From: a virus | IMG/VR virus record: IMGVR_UViG_3300036772_000557 | Span: 1 to 64,000 of that record | DNA length: 64,000 bases | Direction: 5' to 3' (one strand) | In this document: one piece after another, positions 41,774 through 49,500 of the stretch | Numbering within the stretch: the stretch's first letter is position 1 | Layout: the number at the start of each line of letters is the position of its first letter | Made by a program: the position numbers and the translations under genes | The notes under the pieces: generated by a model | Databases searched by the model: none | Seen by the model: the letters and a program-made list of their open reading frames with translations, nothing else | What the model was told of the DNA's origin: nothing

Positions 41774-42616
41774 CTAATATTGATCGTAGAAAACGCCGAA
41801 ATCCAGCGGGCCGGTCGAACTCGTATTCACGCAAAGCTGGTTGCTCGCGCCGGTGTTGAGGCCGCGGTAGAAGGCATTCGAGGCCTTGGCGGTCATGTTT
41901 GCCGTGGCTTGATGGAGGATGCCGATCTGCGTCAGCCCTCCGCACGTTCCCGACGTGCCTTTCTCAAGGAAGAAGTTTACGGCCCCGCCCGCCGAGAACT
42001 CGAAATCGCAGACGAAAATATTCGTCGATCCAGATGCGGCCAGCACTTGGGTGTCCGTCGCGCTGGTGATATGCACGAATTTGTAAGACCCGCACACATG
42101 AGCCTGTGCGTCGGCGTTGCCCGTGCTGAAATAAGAACGAGTGTTGAGCTTCGAACTCGACACAGCTCCTGCGAGAATATCGCCGCCTACGGTATAGGCG
42201 ATGGTCGATCCGGAACCGGCCTCGCCGTGAACAGTCAGGGTGCCGGCGCTATAGGCGGTCAGGTTGAGCCGCACCTTTTGCAGGCCGCCGGCGGCGATGA
42301 GCCATTGGCCGGCGGTCGCGCTCAAGGTGCTGTTGACAAAGGCGAGTGGCGGGGTCGCCGTGGGATCCGCGTATGAAACGGTGAACCAATGCGTCCCGTC
42401 AGAGGTGCCCTGAAAATTATAGGTGAGCCCGCTCGCGCCGCTGCTCGACAGGTTGAAGCTGACCGTGCCGGCCCCATTCGTCAGAAGGGCGCATGTGCCG
42501 GTGCCGGTCAGGGTGCAGTCTACCGTCGCATCGTTGTTTAACGTCGGGAGATTGGTCGCGAGCGCCGCTGACGCGCTCAGTAGAAGCATCAGCGCGCCGA
42601 AGATCAGATTGCGCAT
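41774..42616 (-). CDS. virion-like protein with signal peptide
   Basis: MRNLIFGALMLLLSASAALA-; FQGTSDGTHWF...AGGLQKVRLNLTAYSAGTLTV. Confidence 0.7.
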   Translation of the reverse strand: MRNLIFGALMLLLSASAALATNLPTLNNDATVDCTLTGTGTCALLTNGAGTVSFNLSSSGASGLTYNFQGTSDGTHWFTVSYADPTATPPLAFVNSTLSATAGQWLIAAGGLQKVRLNLTAYSAGTLTVHGEAGSGSTIAYTVGGDILAGAVSSSKLNTRSYFSTGNADAQAHVCGSYKFVHITSATDTQVLAASGSTNIFVCDFEFSAGGAVNFFLEKGTSGTCGGLTQIGILHQATANMTAKASNAFYRGLNTGASNQLCVNTSSTGPLDFGVFYDQY

Positions 42617-43548
42617 CAACGGACTATCCACGTGTTGAGCGCGGCAATCGCGCGCAATGACAAATTGCCGTAGGGCGAAGCGAGCCCTATTGTGGCCTGG
42701 GAGCCAAGGCCGGCGGCAGTGATCGTCCCGGTGCCGCCTGGCGTAATCGTTATCGGGTGAGCGCCTGAGTCGCCGAAATAGTCAAAAATGTCGAGATCAT
42801 AGCCGTCATAGGCGGTCGGGTCGGGAATGCCCTGGCTCTTAGCGGCGCCCGAGCTGCTCTCCCAGGTGATCTGGGTGCGAGGCGCCGACAGGGCCGAGAG
42901 AGTGTCGCTCGATCCGCTGCTCACGCGGTGGATGGTTATTCCTGCGTTGACATCAATGCGATCAATCTGCCGCCATACCGAAAGGTCCGACGCGTAGGTC
43001 GCGGAAGACCCTGGACTGTGCGAATATGCCGTCGAGACGCCGAAGTTCTCGATCTGATCGCCGGTGTGGGGCGTAGCGTTGCACGCCGCCGTCCCGGAAT
43101 TCTTCAGCTTAACACAATAGCCTTGCGGCACGGTCGATAGCGCGGGCAGCGTAAAGGTGCCGGTCGAGGCGCCAGTGAAGACGAACGATGTACCCCAATC
43201 CTGCAGCAGGACGGATTTTGAGCCGGTGAACGTCGCGACATAGGCGCTGCCCGAAATATCCCAAGCAAAAATTTGCTTGGTCATGCCGGTCCAGTTGACG
43301 GCGCTGTTGGCGTTCGAGCTCAACAGAATGGTCGCCCGCGCGATCGTGTTGGGCGTGCCGAGGGTCAGCGTGCCTACACCGATCTCGAAGCCGAATTGAT
43401 TGTCGGTGGCGCAATAGGGGACGACCGCTCCATTGCCGTAGACCGCATTAAAGGCGCGGAATGGCCCGGTCGGCGCGTCGAGCGTATAGGCCCCCGTCCC
43501 AACCGTCGTCGTCGTCTGGAGGACGCGGTCGGGGACGAGTATGCTCAA
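42616..43548 (-). CDS. tail fibre protein
   Basis: DRVLQTTTTVGTGAYTL...FEIGVGT...IARATILLSSNANSAVNW anchor domain; FTLPA..V..G..V.LKN. Confidence 0.75.
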   Translation of the reverse strand: MSILVPDRVLQTTTTVGTGAYTLDAPTGPFRAFNAVYGNGAVVPYCATDNQFGFEIGVGTLTLGTPNTIARATILLSSNANSAVNWTGMTKQIFAWDISGSAYVATFTGSKSVLLQDWGTSFVFTGASTGTFTLPALSTVPQGYCVKLKNSGTAACNATPHTGDQIENFGVSTAYSHSPGSSATYASDLSVWRQIDRIDVNAGITIHRVSSGSSDTLSALSAPRTQITWESSSGAAKSQGIPDPTAYDGYDLDIFDYFGDSGAHPITITPGGTGTITAAGLGSQATIGLASPYGNLSLRAIAALNTWIVR

Positions 43549-43552
43549 TTGC

Positions 43553-46500
43553 TTACCCTACGGCGCGGCGCGGAACCGGCGCGGCGATGGTTGTCCCGAC
43601 GGTGCGGCGGATCTCAGCAAGGTGCGTATTGCCGGCGCGCGCGTCCTGCGCGGCCTGGACCTGACCGCCTTGGAGTTGCTTCCGGCCAGCCTGCAGCTCG
43701 GTGATGATCGCGGTCAGCTTCGCGATCGTCTCGGCCGAGGTCGCATCGGGTGCTCCGCCGCCCGCTTGACCGCCGGCCCACGAATAGGTCGGCGACCGCC
43801 AATCTGTGGTGCCGAGGGCGAAGGCCCGCCCCTCGGGCGGGGTGAGCGGGAACGGGATTATCGTTGCGCCGCCCGGCTGGTCGAGGATCTGCGGCCCGTG
43901 GACCCCGACCTGCGACCAGGAATTATCGTTCGCGGCGCGGTACCATTCCGGGCCCTGCTCGCCGACGAGGATCGCGCCAGGTGGCGTGCTCCCTGTGCCT
44001 TCGGCAAAGGCCGGCAGCCCTTTTATGAGCGTGTTGTAGGCAGTCTGGTTGTTGGGTATTTGGCTGAGCGAGGTGGCCTGCGCGTTGGCGATGGCACGGG
44101 CTCGCTGGATGATCGTGGCGTATTGCGGCTCAGAGGTCGGGTTCAAGAGGCCGGAGTTGATCGCCTGGTTGATGAGCGCCCACTCCTGGAGCGTCGGCGT
44201 GCCGTTGAGCGCATCTGAGAGGGCCTGGGAGAGCAGCTGGCTCGGGTTCGCCGCCCGCCCCGCTGCCCACTGCTGGGCCTGCTCGATGACGAGCGCATAG
44301 CCCGGCTGCGAGGTCGGCGAGAGGATGCCGGCCTGCACGGCTTGGTTGATGACGGTCCAGTCCGCATCGCTCGCGGCGCCGGCGACGGCGTCGGCCAGCG
44401 CGCTGCTGAGCGTCGAGGCGCTCGGGTAGAGCGGGAAATTGGGCTGGACTGCGGTGATGCCGGACCCGGTGAAACTCTGACCGGTGACCGGGTTTGTCGT
44501 CAGGCTGCTCGACGAAGACGCTCCCGATGTCGCCGTTGTCGCCAATGTCGCCGACGACGCGGCGGCCGCGGGCGCTGTATAGGGCGTGACCGTGGCTCCG
44601 GCGTTCTGCCACCAAGCCACATCGGCGGGGGTGAGATCGCCGACGTAATCGGGCGCGGTCGGGTTGCTCGCCGAGCTCTGGGTGATGCTGTAGAGCGCGG
44701 CGCCCGCGCGCGGCGTCGGGAGCGCTCCCGTGGAGGGCGTCACCGTGGCGCCAGCGTTCTGCCACCAGGCGAGGTTTTGCGGTGTCAGGTCACCGACGTA
44801 GGACGGGCCGGAAGGTTGTGAGATCGAATAGAGCTGGGTCCCGGCCGGGGTCGCCAGCCCGGTGCCGTTGGATGTTGTGGCCGAGCCGGTCCCGGCAGTC
44901 GCGGCTGGGGCAGCGGCCGCGCCGACGGTACCGGTGCCTCCAGTCGTCCCGCCAGCTGACCCCGCGGCCGCGCCGGTAAGCGCGCTCGTCAGGTTTTGCA
45001 GCGCGGAAGTGTTCGCCCGAAGATCGCTCGTGGTGCCCGTCGCGGTCGCGCTCGCAGCGGTTCCGTTGGCGAGCGCGCTCGCTTGGCCCGTCGGATAGCC
45101 GCTCGCGGATACCAGGAACGGTGAGATCGAGGCGAGCACCTGCTCGCGCACCGAGGCGGTTTGCGGGCCGTTGCCATAAGCCTGCTGGGAGGCTTGCACG
45201 GCCGCCTGGCCGGCCGATGAGAGTTCGTTGATGAAGCTCGTGTTGCCGCCCTGGACGAGCGCGAGCACCGTGTTGAACTGCTCGAGCGCGGCGGTCACCT
45301 GATTGGCCGCGGTCAGACCGGACAGCGAACCGCCGGTGATCTCGTTCTTCAGGCTGGTGAGCTGCTGCGTCGCCTGGTACCAGATTTGCGCGATAGCGTC
45401 GGCATTCTCCTGTTGGACGCGCACGAGATTGGCGCCCGTCGCCTCGGCTATCTGCACACGCTGAATGCCGGCGGCCTGCTCCTTTTGGATGGCGAGCTGC
45501 AGCGGGGCGGTGACCGCTTCCTCGAGCTGGCCGACCCAATCCGGCAGCGGGCCGAGCGGAATCTGAGTGCCGGTCGCTTGCGCTGTCGCTTGCGCCACCT
45601 CGGCCGCGCCGAGCTGCTGGGCCTCGGCGACATTTTGGCCAGCGGCAGGCGCGGCTTGGATCTGTTCAAAGGCGAGCGCCTGGGCCTTCTGCACGGCGAG
45701 CACGCCCGCCTCGGTGATGGCCTCGGTCGCCTGCGAGAGGGCATCGGGAAGGGCGTTGCCGCTCGAGATGAGCGCGTTGATCATGGTCGTAAGCTCGGGG
45801 GCGACCGTGCCGAGCGCGGCGAGGAGTGCCTGCAGCTGGTCGGTACCGAGTCCGGCGATCGCCGGACCGGCTTGCAGCGCGGCGATCCCTTCCGGGCTGC
45901 CGTGCGCGACAAGCGCCTGCAGCGCCGCGGGATTGCTGATTTGCTGCACGATGGCTTGCACGATCGAGGCCGTGTTGAGCGCGGCGACAGCGCTCGCGTT
46001 CTGCCCGGTGGCCCGTTGCACCTCGTTGCGACCCTGAGCTTGCGCGGCCTGCTGTTGGATCGCGAGGGCGATCGGGTTGACGATCCCCTCGAGCGCCTGG
46101 GTGATGGTGTCAGGCAGTTCGGTGCCTGTGATGATGAATTGCTGCGCGAGCGCGGCCAGGTCGGGCGCAACGTTGGCCGAGGCACCGATGAGCGCGGTCA
46201 GTTGCTGCCCGCTGAGGCCCGCCAGGGTTGGCGCGGCCTGCAGCGTCTCCTGTGCCTTCAGGTTGTTCGGGTAGACGAGCGCGTTGAGCGCGGTCGGATT
46301 GCTGAGGTTGCTCAGCACCGCCTGGATCATGTTTGCGGAGTTGAGTTCCTCGACCTTGACGAGGTCCTGGCCGGTCTGCTGCGCGACCGCGATCCTCTCC
46401 TGCCCCGCCGCCTTTTCCTTCTCGATGGCCAGCTGGAGCGGGTCGGTCAGAGCCTGAATGGCTTGCGTCAGGATATCCGGCAGGGCGTTGCCGCTGTCGA

Positions 46501-49500
46501 TCAGGGCTTGCGCTTGCGCGGCGATTTCCGGCGCGACCTGGCCGAGATCCTTAATGACCATCGTCAGCTGATCGACGCCGAGAGTCGCGAGCGTCGTTCC
46601 CGCCTGAAGCGCGGCGATGCCTTTGATCTGTTGGTTCGTCTGATCCGACACGCCGAGCGCTGCGGCGTCCGAGGTGTTTTGGAGAAAGGCCTGGTGCACC
46701 TTGACCAGCGCGGCGACGAAATCGTTGCCGCCGCTTATCGCGGTTTGGAACGCCTCATCGAGAGAGGTCGTGAAATCGGTATTGAGGGTCTTGATGACCG
46801 CCTTCAAGCCGTTCGCGATCGGCGCGGTATCCACGCCGAATTGCGCCGCCTGAGAGGTCAGCTGGCTGAAGGTCGCGTTGATCTGAGTAAGGGCTTGGGC
46901 AAACGGCCCGACGGCATTCACGTTGCCGTTGAGGCTCGCCGTCAGTTGCGCCTCGGTGACGTTCAGCTTGTCGTAGACATCGGCGAACTGGACCGCCGCC
47001 TGAAGCTGCGACGGATCGTTGATGTTTTTGAGGACCTGCCCCAGCGTCCCGCTGACATTCGTCAGGCTTTGGATGATCTGAAGCTCGGTTTGCTGCACCG
47101 CACCAGCGGCGTTCTGATCGTATCGGCCGCCCGCGATGCCTGACCCGGTGACCCTGATTCCGGTCCTGTTGTCGGAGCTGACGACGGCAGTCGAAAGATT
47201 TGTGCCAATCGGCTGACCTTGCGCGTTGGTCAGCTGGCTCAGGGCGCGCACGAAGCTACCGATCTGGTCGGCTACCTGCTGAGATTGCTGAATGTTGGCC
47301 GCGCTGCCGCCCACCGTGTTCGTTTGGACTTGCCCGGTCGGGCCGATAACTGCACCTGCGGATTGGCCAGGGGGGCCGCCGCCAAAAAGGCCGCCTACGC
47401 CGCCACCAAAAAGACCGCCTAAAAGGCCGCCTATCAGCGTCCCCACGCCCGGCACGATCGAGCCGATAAGGGCACCGGCCGCGCCGCCGCCGGCGCTCCC
47501 TATATTCCCACCTACGGCGTTCCCGCCGAGCAGCGAATTGAGGAGCGATCCGGCCCCAAAGCCGGCGCCCGCGCCGGCCAGGACCGATCCGAGCGTGGCG
47601 CTGGTCGATAGGCCGAAGAGGCTGCCCTGCGAGACCGCATTCGCGCTCCCGCCCAATTCGAAGGGAACGGACGGGCCCGCAACACTGGCCGAGAACGGTG
47701 CTCCCGATATTCCTCCGATCGGTCCGGCCGCCGAAGCAAACCCGAGGTTGGGGCCGAGGTTCGAAAAGAAGCTGCCGACGTTGCCGAACAGGCCGCCTCC
47801 TCCTCCACTTCCGCCGCTCAAGAAATCTGGCAGGAAGCCAGGAAGGTTGCTGTTCAGCTTTTCGATCAGCCCGGCCAACGAGCCGATGTTCTGAAGACTG
47901 CCGAGACCGGATGTGGCCGCGGCTGGTGTGGCTGTCGCCGCGGTCGGCGCGGGCTGACCGGCCTGTGCCGCGCCGGCCGCAGAGGGAGCGGCTTGCGGCG
48001 CGATGCTGGCTGCACTCGCGATCGGCGTCTCGGTGCCCGGGATCAGGAACACGGTCGGGCCGGCCGCGCCCGCCTCGGCCGTTGCCGCTGCCGCTGTGGG
48101 TTGCGCCTCGCCGCTCGCTGCCGCGGCCAACGCGGGGACGCTCGCCGAGATCGATGCGGCCGGTTGCTGTGCCCCGGTTGGCACAATGGCGGCGCTAAGC
48201 AGCGCCTGGAACTGTTGATCGGAAAGCCCGGCGGGGCTGGGTGCCGGGGCGGTTCCTCCGCTAGAGGCGGCCGGGGCGGTGGCTCCCTGAAGATTGAGGT
48301 TGTTGCCGCTGCCGCTCTGAAAGACGTAGCCGCCTTGCGTCGCGTTGAAGATGCCAGAGCCGCTCGAAAGGCCGCTGGCGGTGACGGTGATCTGTGAGCC
48401 CGAGATCCCTCCTGCCGACGCAGCCCCCGGATTGAGGCCGCCAAAGGTCCCGATTTGTTGTGCGGCCTGCCCAAAACCGAGGGCGCCCGCGAGCGTGCCG
48501 GTTACGGGCTTGATGAACGCCAGCTGCGCGATTTGCGAGGCAATATCGCCGAGCGTTGCCTTGAGGCCAGCCCTGAACTCGTCCCAATAATGCTTGATGT
48601 GCTCGCCCGCTTCAACCGGCGTGCGGATCAGCGCGTTGCGGATCGAGTTCGCGAGCTCGCCGTCGACAACCCCGGCGACCGAGCGGAACGCCTCGTTGAG
48701 CCTGGCGGTAGCTTCCTGGGCCTGGGTTAGCGCGGCGTTCTGCTGGATGACGGCAGCCGTACTCGCGTAGATCGCGTCGCGCTGGCCTTGCGTCAGTTCC
48801 GTATAGCGCTGCTCGATTTCCTGCCGGGCGCGAAGTAGCTCGACCTGCGTACGGATCGCGTCGCTGCTCTGGCCTTGGATCGACAATTCGAGGGCGAGAA
48901 CCTGAGACTGATCCCGGTTGCCCTGGAGTTGGTGGCCGGCTTCGATCGTCTGCTCTGCCGCGGCGCGGCGCCGTTCTTGCGCTTGCGCCGCCGCGTCGAT
49001 GTCCCGCGCTACCGCTATGTAGGACAGCTTCGTCGACGCCACCGCCCGGTTTAACGCATCTTGGGTTTGAGCGGCGGCGGCGGCCTCGATTCGCGCCTTT
49101 TCCTCGGCGTCTCGGCTCTGTAATGCCGCGGCCGCGAGGCGTTCCTGCGCGGCGATCGCCGGTTCGGATAAAGCAATCCGCTCACGGCCGGTTTCTGTCG
49201 CAGCGACCGCTTGCCGGCTGAGGATATCTTGTTGCGCAGTCGGGATCTCGGCCGGCGATCCGCCCTTGGCGGCAATCTGCCGGCGGGCTTCGATCAGCGC
49301 TTGGTAGCGGTAACCTTCCGCGATGCTCGTCTGGAATGATGCGCCGATCTTGATGTTGTCGGCGACTTCCTGTTCGTTCAGCCGGTGCTGCGTCTCTTGC
49401 GCGGTAGCCAGTTTTTGCCAGAAGCCGAGCATCCCCTCTTGCACGAATCTGTTTTGATCGCCGAGCGGCAATTCCTTCGCTGCCACATCTTGCAGGCGTT

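Noticed and set aside
34970-44860. Diversity-generating retroelement TR/VR pair
   Set aside because: Copies differ at all base types, mostly at synonymous positions, and no reverse transcriptase is present in the window.
45386-47143. Long + strand ORF (585 aa) and similar antisense ORFs (e.g. 7087-8115, 36274-37317, 34492-35418)
   Set aside because: Shadow frames opposite well-supported high-GC genes; Arg-rich composition without motifs.
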